The notes under the pieces: model-generated
The model's input: only the letters and a program-made list of their open reading frames with translations
Database searches by the model: none
Told to the model about the DNA's origin: nothing
Source: Bacillota bacterium
GTDB taxonomy: Bacteria > Bacillota > Sulfobacillia > JAJZYS01 > JAJZLH01
DNA: 64,000 nucleotides
Direction of reading: 5' to 3'
NCBI GenBank assembly: GCA_021827745.1
Contig: JAKAUI010000037.1
Span: 6,742 to 70,741, forward strand
Part shown: positions 1 to 9,702 of the stretch, one piece after another
Position numbering within the stretch: position 1 is the stretch's first letter
Layout of the letters: each line of letters opens with the position of its first letter
Translations under genes and position numbers: made by a program

Positions 1-211
1 GGCCGTCGAAGGAGACAGCCGGCAGACCCGATGGGGCGTGTCCGAGTGGATACGCCACCATCGGCAGAGACACCGTGTTGATGTCGTTGTCGATGGCGAT
101 CTTCACGAGATAGGGCTGGACGATGGTCGAGGCCGTGACGATCACGGTCAAGAACAGGGCCAGCACGATCCACCAGAACTGCGGACGGGCGTAGCTGAGG
201 AGCCGCCGCAT
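1..211 (-). CDS. ABC transporter permease/ATPase, N-terminal fragment (continues beyond window); likely heterodimer partner of the next gene
   Basis: Minus-strand ATG at 211..209 begins MRRLLSYARPQFWWIVLALFLTVIVTASTIVQPYLV, a typical TM1 of a type-I ABC exporter; it sits immediately downstream of the stop of the 256..2085 ABC gene. Confidence 0.5.
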   Translation of the reverse strand, partial: MRRLLSYARPQFWWIVLALFLTVIVTASTIVQPYLVKIAIDNDINTVSLPMVAYPLGHAPSGLPAVSFDG

Positions 212-255
212 CAGGCGGGTGTCGTACGCCTTGCCGAGTGCCTCCTCTTCCCGGA

Positions 256-2085
256 TCATGCGCCCCGTCCCTCGGGCGATCCACCCACCCGGTCCTCCAG
301 CAGCTGGCGCTGGTAGAGGCGGGAGTAGAAGCCCTTTTTCGCAAGCAGCTCGGCATGCGTGCCCTGCTCGATCACCCGGCCGTCTTCCAGCACCAGGATC
401 AGGTCGGCATGTTTGATGGTGGAGACCCGATGGGCGACCAAGAGGGTGGTCCGGTTCTGGCGCAGGTCGAGCAGGCCGCGCAGAATGGTCTCCTCGGTGT
501 AGGTGTCCACCGCCGAGAAGCTGTCGTCCAGGATCAGGACCTGAGCGGTCTTAGCGAGGGCCCGGGCCAGGGAGACGCGCTGCTTCTGACCGCCCGACAA
601 GGTGACGCCGCGCTCGCCGAGCAGCGTCTCGAAGCCGTCTGGGAACTGCAGGATCTCGCCCTTGACGGCCGCATCGGCGGCGGCCTGCTCGACGATGTCG
701 CGCCCAAGCTCCGAGTCGGAGAAGGCGATGTTCTGGGCGATCGACTCCGAGAACAGGAAGTTGTCCGGCGGGACGTAGGCGATGGTCTGGCGCAGGGTGA
801 GCAGGGGCAGATCGAGGATGTCGATCTGGTCCACGAAGACGGTGCCGGGCGGCGGATCGAACACCCTGAGCAACAGGTTGATGATGGTCGACTTTCCGGC
901 GCCGGTGCGACCGATCAGGGCCAGCGTCCGGCCAGCGGCCAGGTCGACCGACACGTCGGCGATGGCCGGCCGGTTGGAGTCGGGATAGGAGAAGGTGAGA
1001 TGGGAGATGGTGAGCGCACCGCTGAGCGGGGTCTCGGGTGCCACCGCTCCCGGGCGGTCCGTGATCTCGGGCCGCTCTGAGAAGATCTCCTGCAGGCGCT
1101 GAAGAGAGGCCCCGGACCGTTGGATCAGATTGACCAGCTGGCCGATCGACTGCATCGGCCAGTTGAGCAGCCCCAGGTAGCTGGTGAAGGCCACGAAGGA
1201 GCCGAGGCTGATCGTGTTGCGCACGACCAGGATGCCGCCGTAGACGAGGGCGATGACGAAGGCCAGTCCCTGGATGAACTGGACCAAAGGCTGGATCAGC
1301 GCCCAGATCCGGACCAGGTTCATGTTCCTGGCGAAGTACTCCTGGCTGTGGCCCATCAGCCGATCCAGCTCGGGCCCCTCCTGGACGAAGCTCTTCACCA
1401 CCCGGATGCCGGAGAAGTTCTCCTGGACGTGCTCGGACAGGGTCGAGAACTGGTCTTGGACCGCCCGAAATCGCAGGTGGATCTGGCGGCCGAGCAGGCC
1501 GGTGACCAGAGCGGCCAACGGCAGCGGCAGAAGGGCGAAGGTGGCAAGGGAGGGGGAGATCGTGGCGAACATGATGATCAGGGTTGAGGTGATCAGAAAG
1601 GCCGTGTCGGCGATCATCACCACACCCATGCTCAGCGCCATGCGCACGGCCTGGAGGTCGTTGGTGGCGTGCGCCATCAGGTCGCCTGTCTTGTGGTGGT
1701 TGAAGTAGTTGGGGGAGAGCAGGGTGAACTGGTGGAAGAGGTCCTGGCGCATCTCGAAGTCGATCAGGCGGGCGGCCCCCTGGACGAAGTTGCGCCACAG
1801 GAAGCGGGTGGCGAAGATGATCACGGCCAGCACCACCAGGGCGACGGCATAAGGCCAGAGATCCGCCTGGACGGCTCCGGCCTGCTGGACCGTATTCACA
1901 AACCGCTTCAGCACCTGAGGCAGGACCAGCTGGGCCAGATCGGCGCCGAGCAGGGCTCCGACGCCGAAGACGTAGAACCAGCGGTGGCGGCGAAAGTAGG
2001 GAATCAGGGCTCGAAAATGACGCAAGTCGGCCTTCCTCTCCAAACCTAAAAAGGTGGGGAACCAAATCTCACCAGCGATCGTCAT
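256..2085 (-). CDS. ABC transporter ATP-binding/permease protein (MsbA-like exporter)
   Basis: 609 aa with an N-terminal 6-TM domain plus an NBD carrying Walker A GRTGAGKST, signature LSGGQKQR and Walker B LILDDSFSAVD. Confidence 0.85.
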   Translation of the reverse strand: MTIAGEIWFPTFLGLERKADLRHFRALIPYFRRHRWFYVFGVGALLGADLAQLVLPQVLKRFVNTVQQAGAVQADLWPYAVALVVLAVIIFATRFLWRNFVQGAARLIDFEMRQDLFHQFTLLSPNYFNHHKTGDLMAHATNDLQAVRMALSMGVVMIADTAFLITSTLIIMFATISPSLATFALLPLPLAALVTGLLGRQIHLRFRAVQDQFSTLSEHVQENFSGIRVVKSFVQEGPELDRLMGHSQEYFARNMNLVRIWALIQPLVQFIQGLAFVIALVYGGILVVRNTISLGSFVAFTSYLGLLNWPMQSIGQLVNLIQRSGASLQRLQEIFSERPEITDRPGAVAPETPLSGALTISHLTFSYPDSNRPAIADVSVDLAAGRTLALIGRTGAGKSTIINLLLRVFDPPPGTVFVDQIDILDLPLLTLRQTIAYVPPDNFLFSESIAQNIAFSDSELGRDIVEQAAADAAVKGEILQFPDGFETLLGERGVTLSGGQKQRVSLARALAKTAQVLILDDSFSAVDTYTEETILRGLLDLRQNRTTLLVAHRVSTIKHADLILVLEDGRVIEQGTHAELLAKKGFYSRLYQRQLLEDRVGGSPEGRGA

Positions 2086-2132
2086 TATACCGGATCACAG
2101 GGCTTGGATGTGGCCACGAAGGAGGCGGGGCG

Positions 2133-2942
2133 GTGAGTTGGCAGGAGATTTGGCACCAGGGACTGGGCTGCTCGCCGGAGCGGGTCGGTCTGATGCGCGC
2201 AGGTGAGGCAGGGCTCACCTTTCAGTGGCCGGAGACGACCTTGCCCGAGACCACGGCCTATTTGGAGGCCCTTGACCAAGTCGGATCGGCCTGCACTGTG
2301 GCGCCGGTCGCTGACCCGGAAGCCTCTGGCGCCCAACTGATCTCCACACTCGGCGGCATCGGAGCGCCGGTGGTGGCGCTTTTGGGCCGGGGGACCGGCG
2401 CCACCACACTCGCCTGGGAACTGGCCTGCCACTGGCAGGCTGGAGGACGGAAGATCGGCGTGCTGGACTTGGATGTGCGCCATCCCGGCCTGTTCCCAGT
2501 GGCGGGCGTCGACGGCCGACCGGCGGTGATCGGGCGGGCGATTGTGCCTAGGGCGGCGCATGGGGTGCGGCTTTTGGGCCTCACTGCCTTCTTGCCGCAG
2601 AATCGGCCGCCGGTCGCCCGGGGTCCAGACCTGGAGCGGATGTGCCGCACCTTTCGCGACGACGCTCTATGGCAGGGGCTCGACCTGATGCTGGTCGATC
2701 TGCCGGACCTGCCGGAGGTGGCGGCGATGCAGGCGGCTCTGTTTTCGGTGCGCCAGACGGTCCGTCTGATCGGACCGCTGGAACCAGAGCCAGCAGAGGC
2801 TCCGGAAGGGCAGGACATCGTCTTTAGGTTGGGCCGCGACCTGCCGATCGACCCTGAGCTGGCCCTTGGCGGGTCACCCGGAGCCCGGTATCGAAGGGCA
2901 GTGTCCAGTCTCGCCGAGCGGATCTGGGCGGCCGTCGGCTGA
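2133..2942 (+). CDS. Mrp/MinD/ParA-family P-loop NTPase homolog with a degenerate Walker A (likely non-catalytic)
   Basis: ALLGRGTGATTLAWELACHWQAGGRKIGVLDLDVRHPGL aligns to Mrp SGKGGVGKST..LDADIYGPS but lacks both P-loop lysines; LVDLPDLPE aligns to Mrp IIDLPPGTGD. Confidence 0.5.
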   Translation: MSWQEIWHQGLGCSPERVGLMRAGEAGLTFQWPETTLPETTAYLEALDQVGSACTVAPVADPEASGAQLISTLGGIGAPVVALLGRGTGATTLAWELACHWQAGGRKIGVLDLDVRHPGLFPVAGVDGRPAVIGRAIVPRAAHGVRLLGLTAFLPQNRPPVARGPDLERMCRTFRDDALWQGLDLMLVDLPDLPEVAAMQAALFSVRQTVRLIGPLEPEPAEAPEGQDIVFRLGRDLPIDPELALGGSPGARYRRAVSSLAERIWAAVG

Positions 2943-3032
2943 GCGGGTGTCGGGAGGAAAATTCGCCACCATCTGGAAATATGTTGATCTTTCCGTGCCG
3001 CCATCAGGTCGAGCGGGTGAGGGGCGTACCGT

Positions 3033-4256
3033 TTGGATCTCTTGCGAAATCGCAATTTCCTGCTGCTGACGCTGTCGCGCAACATCTCTCGATTCGGCGA
3101 TCGGTTCACCTTGGCGGCCCTGCTCATCCTGGTCGTCCAGATCAGCCATGGCTCACCGATTGACATCGCGCTGATCGGCGCCGCCTCGCTTGCTCCGAGC
3201 GCTCTGCTCGGGTGGTTCATCGGTCCCTTGGTCGACCGGATGGAGCGGCGCACCTCGATGCTCTTTGCGGACCTGGTCCGCTTCGTGGCAGTAGGCGCCA
3301 TGTTCTTCGCCCCCAATCTGCCCACCCTGATGGTGCTCGCCTTTGTGGCAAACGGCGTTTGGGAGTTCTATCGGGCCGCCTACCAGGCGGTGCTGCCGGT
3401 GGTGGTGGGAGCGGACGACCAGCTGACCCGGGCCCATGGCCTGGACCAGAGTCTGGCCAACGGCATCGACGTGGTCGGCTATCTCTTGGTCGGACTGTTC
3501 ATCCTGATCGCCGGGGTCCGCCCCGCCTTCTTGATCGACGCCGCCACCTTCCTCGCCTCGGCGGTGCTGATTCGCTCATTCAGCGTTCGAATCAAGGCCC
3601 CTGGCCCCAAGGACGGCCCAGGCTACCTGGCTGAGCTGAAGGCCGGGCTGGCGGCGGTCTCTGGCCAGCCGCTGACCCGGGTCCTCTTGGGCCAGATCGC
3701 CATCGCCTGCCTGCCGATCGGCGCCTTCAACGCCCTGCTCGTCCTGCTCCTGCCGGACGTCTTTCACGTCTCGGCCACGCTGTATCCCTATCTGCCTGCG
3801 GTGCAGGGGATCTCCATGGTGCTGGGCGGCATGCTGATGACGCGCTATCCGAGCGCTGTGGCCCGCCGGCACCTGATCAACATCGGCCTGGCAGGCACCG
3901 GACTGATCACCGCCCTGCTCGGGGTGGTCCCCTCGTTTGTGGCCGCCCTTGGTCTCTATTTCATGATGGGATTCTTCAACATCGCCTTTCTGGTGCCGCT
4001 GCTCACCTGGTACCAAAAGAGCTTCGACTCCAAGGTGCGCGGTCGAGCGATGGCGATCTATGCTGCCGCCACCAGCCTGGCGCTCCTGGTGGCGACGCTG
4101 GTGGCGGGCCCGCTCGCCCAGGCGATCGGAGTCGGCCGCACCGTCCTGCTCTCTGGCCTGCTGTTCATGGCGGTGGGCCTGGCCGGTTACCTGACGCCTG
4201 CGACCCGCAGTCAGCCGGTTCAGCCGGCCAAGGCCGAGGCGCCCCAAGGGGGGTAA
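3033..4256 (+). CDS. MFS transporter (EntS/macrolide-efflux-like)
   Basis: 407 aa, about 12 predicted TM helices; N-terminus NRNFLLLTLSRNISRFGDRFTLAALLILV and LGWFIGPLVDR are typical of MFS family members. Confidence 0.8.
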   Translation: MDLLRNRNFLLLTLSRNISRFGDRFTLAALLILVVQISHGSPIDIALIGAASLAPSALLGWFIGPLVDRMERRTSMLFADLVRFVAVGAMFFAPNLPTLMVLAFVANGVWEFYRAAYQAVLPVVVGADDQLTRAHGLDQSLANGIDVVGYLLVGLFILIAGVRPAFLIDAATFLASAVLIRSFSVRIKAPGPKDGPGYLAELKAGLAAVSGQPLTRVLLGQIAIACLPIGAFNALLVLLLPDVFHVSATLYPYLPAVQGISMVLGGMLMTRYPSAVARRHLINIGLAGTGLITALLGVVPSFVAALGLYFMMGFFNIAFLVPLLTWYQKSFDSKVRGRAMAIYAAATSLALLVATLVAGPLAQAIGVGRTVLLSGLLFMAVGLAGYLTPATRSQPVQPAKAEAPQGG

Positions 4257-4322
4257 GCGGCAGGCAACGGCGAACCCCCTCCTGCCGGCTGATGGCGCTC
4301 TGATCTGAGGAGGGTTCACCGC

Positions 4323-5261
4323 TTGCCGCTCGCACAACTGTCCAGTGCCATGTCCAAGGTCGCCTGGGGCCGCGAGACTGTGGTCGAGCGAGTCCTGGTC
4401 GCCCTCTTGGCTGAGGGCCACCTCTTGATCGACGACGTGCCCGGGGTGGGTAAGACCACCCTCGTCCGCGGGCTGGCCCAGAGTCTCGACCTGACCAACC
4501 GCCGCCTGCAGTTCACGCCGGATCTGTTGCCCTCTGACGTGACCGGATTCACCTTCTACGACGGCAAGACCCAGAGCTTCCTGTTCCGGCCCGGCCCGGT
4601 GTTCTGCAACCTGCTCCTGGCCGACGAGATCAACCGCACCTCGCCCAAGACCCAGTCGAGCCTGCTGGAGGCGATGGAGGAGCGCCAAGTCACCGTGGAC
4701 GGGCAGGTGTATCCCCTGCCGCGGCCGTTCATGGTGGTCGCGACCGAAAATCCCATCGAGTACGAGGGAACGTTTGCCCTGCCGGAGGCGCAGCTGGACC
4801 GCTTTTTGCTGCGCATCCGGGTCGGCTATCCTGACGCACCGGACGAACGCCAGGCGATGCAGGCGGAGGGAGAGCGCCAGCGCCCGCCGCTGCTACCGGC
4901 CGTGATGTCGGCCCAAGAACTGGAGATCGCCGCCCAGGAGAGCGGCCGGATTCCAGTGTCCGATCAGGTGGCGGAGTACGCCCACGCGGTGGTCAAGGCC
5001 ACCCGCGAGCACCCCGCCCTGCGCCTGGGCGTGAGCCCGCGCGGCGCCATCGCCTGGATCCGGGCCAGCCGAGCGCTGGCCTACTTGCGTCAGGCGGCCT
5101 TCGTCACGCCAGACCACCTGAGAGACCTGGCGGCCGAGACGCTGGCGCATCGCCTGCTCCTGCGTCCGGAGCCGATTGCCCAAGGGTTGACGGCAGCAGA
5201 CGTGGTGGCTCAGGTGGTGAACGCTGTGCCGCTTCCAGGGGCGGCGCGGCGACTGGGGTGA
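4323..5261 (+). CDS. MoxR-family AAA+ ATPase
   Basis: LLEGHLLIDDVPGVGKTTLVRGLA (Walker A), LLADEINRTSPKTQSSLLEAMEE (Walker B/sensor), ENPIEYEGTFALPEAQLDRF; TTG start. Confidence 0.85.
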   Translation: MPLAQLSSAMSKVAWGRETVVERVLVALLAEGHLLIDDVPGVGKTTLVRGLAQSLDLTNRRLQFTPDLLPSDVTGFTFYDGKTQSFLFRPGPVFCNLLLADEINRTSPKTQSSLLEAMEERQVTVDGQVYPLPRPFMVVATENPIEYEGTFALPEAQLDRFLLRIRVGYPDAPDERQAMQAEGERQRPPLLPAVMSAQELEIAAQESGRIPVSDQVAEYAHAVVKATREHPALRLGVSPRGAIAWIRASRALAYLRQAAFVTPDHLRDLAAETLAHRLLLRPEPIAQGLTAADVVAQVVNAVPLPGAARRLG

Positions 5262-6304
5262 GATCCAGGCGCCAGTCCTGGCTGATCGCCGTGGCTGTGC
5301 TCCTTGCCATCCTGTTCAGCCAGCTGTTCCCGGGAAACGTGTGGGGCGATCTGTTGCGGGTGGCGGCCCTGATCTCGCTTCTGGCGGCCGCTTGCCATCT
5401 GCTCCAGCCCAGAGGCGAACTCAGACTGCGCGTCGATCCGGCCATGCCGGCGGCGGGGCGGCCGTTTCGGATGACGGCCCACCTCAGGGCATCGGTCCCT
5501 GGCTTCTATCAGGTGGCCTTGCAGGCGCCCGACGAGATGGCGGCGGCGCACGGCTGGGCCTGGAGCCGGGAGGCGGTGTTCGCCATACCGCTCAGGGTGC
5601 TGGGCAGGGGCGAGCACACCTTCTATCTCGCAGACCGTTATCAGGACCCCTTCGGTCTGTTCGAACGGCACCTAGTGCGCGAGGCGCGGGCGACGGTGCG
5701 GGTGCGGCCTGCCACGGTCGACGTGGACCCCCTGCGCATCTTTGGGCCGCTGTCCGTGCTCGGATCTAGCGTCAGCGCCGCCGACGACGATCCGGCCGGA
5801 GCCAGGCGGTGGCAGCCGGGAGATCGGCTGGCCCGCGTGCACTGGCCGCAGACCACCCGTCTGGGCGAGGTGCAGGTGCGGGAGGCCTGGCACCGCACCA
5901 GCCTGCCCTGCCTGGTCGGGCTGGACACCCGGCGCACATCCTACGCCAGCCCAGATGGCTTCGAGATGGCGGTCTCACTGGCCGCCTCCGTCACCTTTGC
6001 CATGGTCCGGCGCCGCCTATTGGTCTCGCTCTTTGTCGGCGGCCGCCAAGTGACCGTCCAGGAGCTAAAGGAGCAGGTGCTGTGGGACCTCTTCATCCGG
6101 CTTAGGGCGGACGGGACGGCGCGGCCGCTGCCGCAGTCTACGCTGGGGAGCCTGCCGCTCGTGATCAGCGGCAGCAGGATCCCGGAGTCGAGCGGGCACT
6201 ACCGCCTGTGGTGCACCGAGCCCGGCGGAGCGGCCAATGCTGTCCAGCTGCTGGCCCTCGCCGATCTCCTGGACCAGGGACGTCGCCAGCGGTGGGCGCA
6301 GTGA
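5258..6304 (+). CDS. DUF58-domain protein (vWA-like MoxR partner)
   Basis: Immediately follows MoxR with an overlapping start; contains the DUF58-like ARVHWPQTTRLGEVQVRE segment and an N-terminal TM segment. Confidence 0.65.
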   Translation: MRSRRQSWLIAVAVLLAILFSQLFPGNVWGDLLRVAALISLLAAACHLLQPRGELRLRVDPAMPAAGRPFRMTAHLRASVPGFYQVALQAPDEMAAAHGWAWSREAVFAIPLRVLGRGEHTFYLADRYQDPFGLFERHLVREARATVRVRPATVDVDPLRIFGPLSVLGSSVSAADDDPAGARRWQPGDRLARVHWPQTTRLGEVQVREAWHRTSLPCLVGLDTRRTSYASPDGFEMAVSLAASVTFAMVRRRLLVSLFVGGRQVTVQELKEQVLWDLFIRLRADGTARPLPQSTLGSLPLVISGSRIPESSGHYRLWCTEPGGAANAVQLLALADLLDQGRRQRWAQ

Positions 6305-8340
6305 GCCGCCGCCTGCTCGGAGCGCTCTGGCCCCTGCCGGCGCTTCTGGCGCTCTTGTCGGCCGGCGGTGCCGTGCCGACCGTGACCTTGCTCGGCTTCG
6401 CGCTGGGCACGGTGGCCCTCTCTGCCGTGCCGCACACCTGGTGGCGGCTGGCCGCCCGCCTGGCCTGGCTCGCGCTCTTCCTCGGACTGCGTCTCGGTCT
6501 CGGCACCCATCCTCTGACGGTGAGCGCGCTCGGGCTTCTGCACCATCTGGCCGACGGAAACTGGGGCCGGCTGAGCTCCGCTCAGGCCAGCATCCTGTTC
6601 GAAGTGGCCGCCACCACGCTGGTGGCGATCGAGGAGGTGACGGTGGGGCTTGGCCTGCGCCTGATCGAACTCTTGGTCAACGTCGCCGCCCTGGCCCTGG
6701 CCAAGGAAGTGAGCGGCCATGTCACCTGGGCGCTTTTTGCGACCTTCGCCCTCTGGCTGGCCGTGCGCCGTGCCGATCTCAGCGGATGGGGCAAAGACCG
6801 CCACTGGACCTGGGTCGGTGCCCTGTCCAGCGTTCTGATTCTGATCACCCTGCTTGTGGCTCCGGCGCCTGAGGCGGTCGGTGCGCTGCAGGGCGGCAAC
6901 GGGCCGAGGGCGCTGACGACGGTGGAGCCGGTGACGGCCCTGACGCAGGCCCCCGAGCTCAGCCACCAGATCCTGTTCACGGCCCGCGGCGCGCTGCCGC
7001 TGTACTGGACGCTCTATGTCTCGACCTACTACACAGGGCAGGGCTGGACCAACTCGCTGCCGCCGCCGACCACCTACCCGGCGGCCCTTCCGCCGCAGGA
7101 GCTGGTGCTCGCCAACCAGAGCACGGCCAAGTCCGTCTCGGGTCAGCTGAGCGCAACCGAGACCGTCCACCTGCTGACCAATCTGCCCTATGCCCCGGTG
7201 CAGGGCGTGCCCGAGGGACTGAGCACATCGCACTCGGCCCTCTGGTTTCCGCAGCAGCAGGCCTTTTCGGTCGGCGGCACGACCTACACCGTGACGGCAA
7301 GTGTGCCGAAGTTCTCGGCCCAGGCCCTCGCCTCGAGCACACTGACCCTCAACCCGGCCGCCTGGGCGTCCTCCCCCTACCTGCAGCTGCCGAGCGAGCT
7401 GCCGCAGCCGGTGATCCGGCTCGCCCACCAGATCGTGAAGGGCGTGGGTCCAAACATCTACCTGCGGGTGATGGCGATCATCCACTACCTGCAGTCGCAC
7501 GAGCACTACACGCTGAGCTACCCGCCGGACGGCGGCCAGGACTTCGTCTACCACTTCCTGTTCGTCTCGCACCAGGGCGACTGCAATGCGTTCTCATCCT
7601 CGCTGGCGGTGCTGGCCAGGGCGGTCGGCATCCCCACCCGCCTGGTGGTCGGGTTCACCGGCGGTCAGCAGGTGGCCGGTCTGGATGTGGTGCGCGGCAC
7701 GGACGCCCACAGCTGGGTTCAGGTCTACATGCCCGGCTTTCCCCAGGTCACGAGCTGGACGGCCTTGGGGTTCGTGAGCGCCAATTCAGGGCTGCCGTTC
7801 GCCAATCCGTACGCAACGCTGTCCGGTCAGTCGTCGTCCGCCTCTGGCTGGCTCCCGATCGACCCGACGCCTGGCTTCGGCGTCGGGCTGCCGAGCCCGG
7901 GCCAGTCCTTGCCAGCCTATGTGGCCGCCGGTCAGGCCGCCGCGGCCAAGACCACCACGACCAAGAAGACCCGGGTGGTGCAGATCCACCAGACCCTGAA
8001 CGCCCTCTCCGGTCAGCATGCCCGATCCCAGGCCCACCCGCTGCCGCTCGCCGCCATGGGGGCGGGGCTTGTGGCACTGGCGGCGGCCGCCTGGCTGGCC
8101 GTGGGCCGGATCAGGAGGCTGAGGGCCGTCGCCTGGATGGCCCGTCGCCCCTGGCGCTGGCAGCAGACCGCCCGCCAGTGGCTGGGAAAGGACGCGCCGG
8201 AACTGGCGCGCTGGCTGGAGGTGCGTCTGTACGCGCCCGCCCAGGTGCCGTCGGGCGGATTCGCCCTGGCCAGGGCAGATCTGGTCCGCCTGCTCGGCGC
8301 CCGTCAGCCCCTGCTCGCCTGGCTGGCCTACCTCACCTAG
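6301..8340 (+). CDS. Transglutaminase-like membrane protein (third gene of the MoxR operon)
   Basis: GTG 6301 overlaps the DUF58 stop (GTGA); multiple N-terminal TM helices; transglutaminase core HQGDCNAFSSS...DAHSWVQVY (Cys-His-Asp). Confidence 0.75.
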   Translation: MSRRLLGALWPLPALLALLSAGGAVPTVTLLGFALGTVALSAVPHTWWRLAARLAWLALFLGLRLGLGTHPLTVSALGLLHHLADGNWGRLSSAQASILFEVAATTLVAIEEVTVGLGLRLIELLVNVAALALAKEVSGHVTWALFATFALWLAVRRADLSGWGKDRHWTWVGALSSVLILITLLVAPAPEAVGALQGGNGPRALTTVEPVTALTQAPELSHQILFTARGALPLYWTLYVSTYYTGQGWTNSLPPPTTYPAALPPQELVLANQSTAKSVSGQLSATETVHLLTNLPYAPVQGVPEGLSTSHSALWFPQQQAFSVGGTTYTVTASVPKFSAQALASSTLTLNPAAWASSPYLQLPSELPQPVIRLAHQIVKGVGPNIYLRVMAIIHYLQSHEHYTLSYPPDGGQDFVYHFLFVSHQGDCNAFSSSLAVLARAVGIPTRLVVGFTGGQQVAGLDVVRGTDAHSWVQVYMPGFPQVTSWTALGFVSANSGLPFANPYATLSGQSSSASGWLPIDPTPGFGVGLPSPGQSLPAYVAAGQAAAAKTTTTKKTRVVQIHQTLNALSGQHARSQAHPLPLAAMGAGLVALAAAAWLAVGRIRRLRAVAWMARRPWRWQQTARQWLGKDAPELARWLEVRLYAPAQVPSGGFALARADLVRLLGARQPLLAWLAYLT

Positions 8341-8356
8341 CGGGATGTGGCGCCGG

Positions 8357-8839
8357 CTAGAGATCCGGAAGTCGGTGGCCGCGCATCGGGCGGCCGACGG
8401 CCAGCTTGGTCAGCCGGTGCAGTTCCTGGACCATCTGCCGGAGCTGAAACGCCTCGTATGGCGTGGTGGCGGCGATGGTGACGATCACCTGCACGCCGAC
8501 CTGCTCCACGGCGACGGCCGCAAGGCCGTTTTGGCGCAACGAGCCGAGGAAGTGGTCGACCAAGGGACCCGGGCCGTCAAAGTCGTAGCTCACGTATTCG
8601 GTGCTGACCGTTGGCTCGATCCGGTCCAGAGCCGACCCCAGCGCATCGCCCGGGCCCAGGATCTCCTGGCAGCGCACGAAGAGCTCTAGCACCTCTTCGT
8701 CGCCCTCCAGGAGCAGGCTGTCGCAGACGTCTTCGCCGTCTTGGCCGAAGGGCCAGCGTTGTCCCTGGTCGGTCAGGGCGAGCAGGCGGTCAAAGGAGCG
8801 GGCATCGAGCGCCGCCCTTAGGCGCTCCAGATCCGTCAT
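8357..8839 (-). CDS. Hypothetical protein (acidic, possibly YbjN-like)
   Basis: 160 aa ORF with protein-like composition, antisense only to spurious Arg/Gly-rich ORFs; no recognisable motif. Confidence 0.4.
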   Translation of the reverse strand: MTDLERLRAALDARSFDRLLALTDQGQRWPFGQDGEDVCDSLLLEGDEEVLELFVRCQEILGPGDALGSALDRIEPTVSTEYVSYDFDGPGPLVDHFLGSLRQNGLAAVAVEQVGVQVIVTIAATTPYEAFQLRQMVQELHRLTKLAVGRPMRGHRLPDL

Positions 8840-8901
8840 CAGGCTCCCCCCTCGGTTGGGCCATCCAGGGCACCGTCCCGTTGCACGAGCGCCTCTGCCC
8901 T

Positions 8902-9702
8902 CTAGCCTACAGTCCTGGTCAAGATGTCCAAGAGCTCGCCGTGCACTAGGCGGCCGGCGGCCACGATGCCGCCCCGCTCCAGGGTGCGCGGCCCTCCCGC
9001 CCAGTCGGTCACGGTGCCGCCGGCCTCTGTCACCAGGAGGCGGCCGGCGGCGAAGTCCCAGGGCTCCAGGTCGCCCTCGAAAAAGGCGTCCAGCCGACCC
9101 TCGGCCACCTGGGCCAGCTCCAGGGCAGCCGCCCCGGGAATCCTGAGGTCGTGGCAGGCCTGCCAGACTCGGGCCAGCGGCGAGAAGACGTCAGAGGGCC
9201 GATCCTTGTCGTACGGCGTGCCGCAGGCGACCAGGGCGTTGGCCAAAGACGTCACCGTCGAGCCGTGGATCTGAGTGCCGTCGACGAAGGCGCCGTGCTG
9301 CCGCCAGGCGGTATAGCGCCGCTGTCCGAACACATCCTGAACGCCGGCCAAGATGGGGCCTGCATCGTCTGCGAGCGCCACCGAGATCGCCACGTAGCGG
9401 ACACCGTGCACCAGATTGGAGGTCCCGTCCACCGGATCGACCAGCCAGCGAAGTGGTCCCTGGGCGGGTGTGCTCTGGCCCTCCTCCTCAGCCACCACCA
9501 CGCTGCCCGGCAGCAGGCCGATGAGGCGGGGGATCAAGAAGCGCTGCACGGCGAGATCGGCATCTGTCACCAGGTCGGCCGGGCCCTTGTGCCGGACTTG
9601 GGCGGTCGGTCCCCAGGCGTGCTCCAAGACCTGGACGGCTTCGCCCAGGAGGTTTGAGACCTCGGCCAAGAGGGCCTGGGGGTCGAAGTCAGCGCTGGCC
9701 AT
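8902..9702 (-). CDS. Inositol monophosphatase family protein
   Basis: IMPase motifs WLVDPVDGTSNLVHG and DFAAG; 266 aa. Confidence 0.85.
   Translation of the reverse strand: MASADFDPQALLAEVSNLLGEAVQVLEHAWGPTAQVRHKGPADLVTDADLAVQRFLIPRLIGLLPGSVVVAEEEGQSTPAQGPLRWLVDPVDGTSNLVHGVRYVAISVALADDAGPILAGVQDVFGQRRYTAWRQHGAFVDGTQIHGSTVTSLANALVACGTPYDKDRPSDVFSPLARVWQACHDLRIPGAAALELAQVAEGRLDAFFEGDLEPWDFAAGRLLVTEAGGTVTDWAGGPRTLERGGIVAAGRLVHGELLDILTRTVG

Noticed and set aside
551-2065. 504-aa minus-strand ORF inside the ABC exporter gene
   Set aside because: Alternative frame of a clearly real ABC transporter; Pro/Arg/Gly-rich composition typical of high-GC off-frame ORFs.
2258-4688. 355-aa and 370-aa minus-strand ORFs
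   Set aside because: Antisense to the Mrp-like and MFS genes; low-complexity Arg/Ser/Ala/Gly composition.
6199-7572. 457-aa minus-strand ORF
   Set aside because: Antisense to the transglutaminase-like gene; Arg/Gly/His-rich, no motifs.
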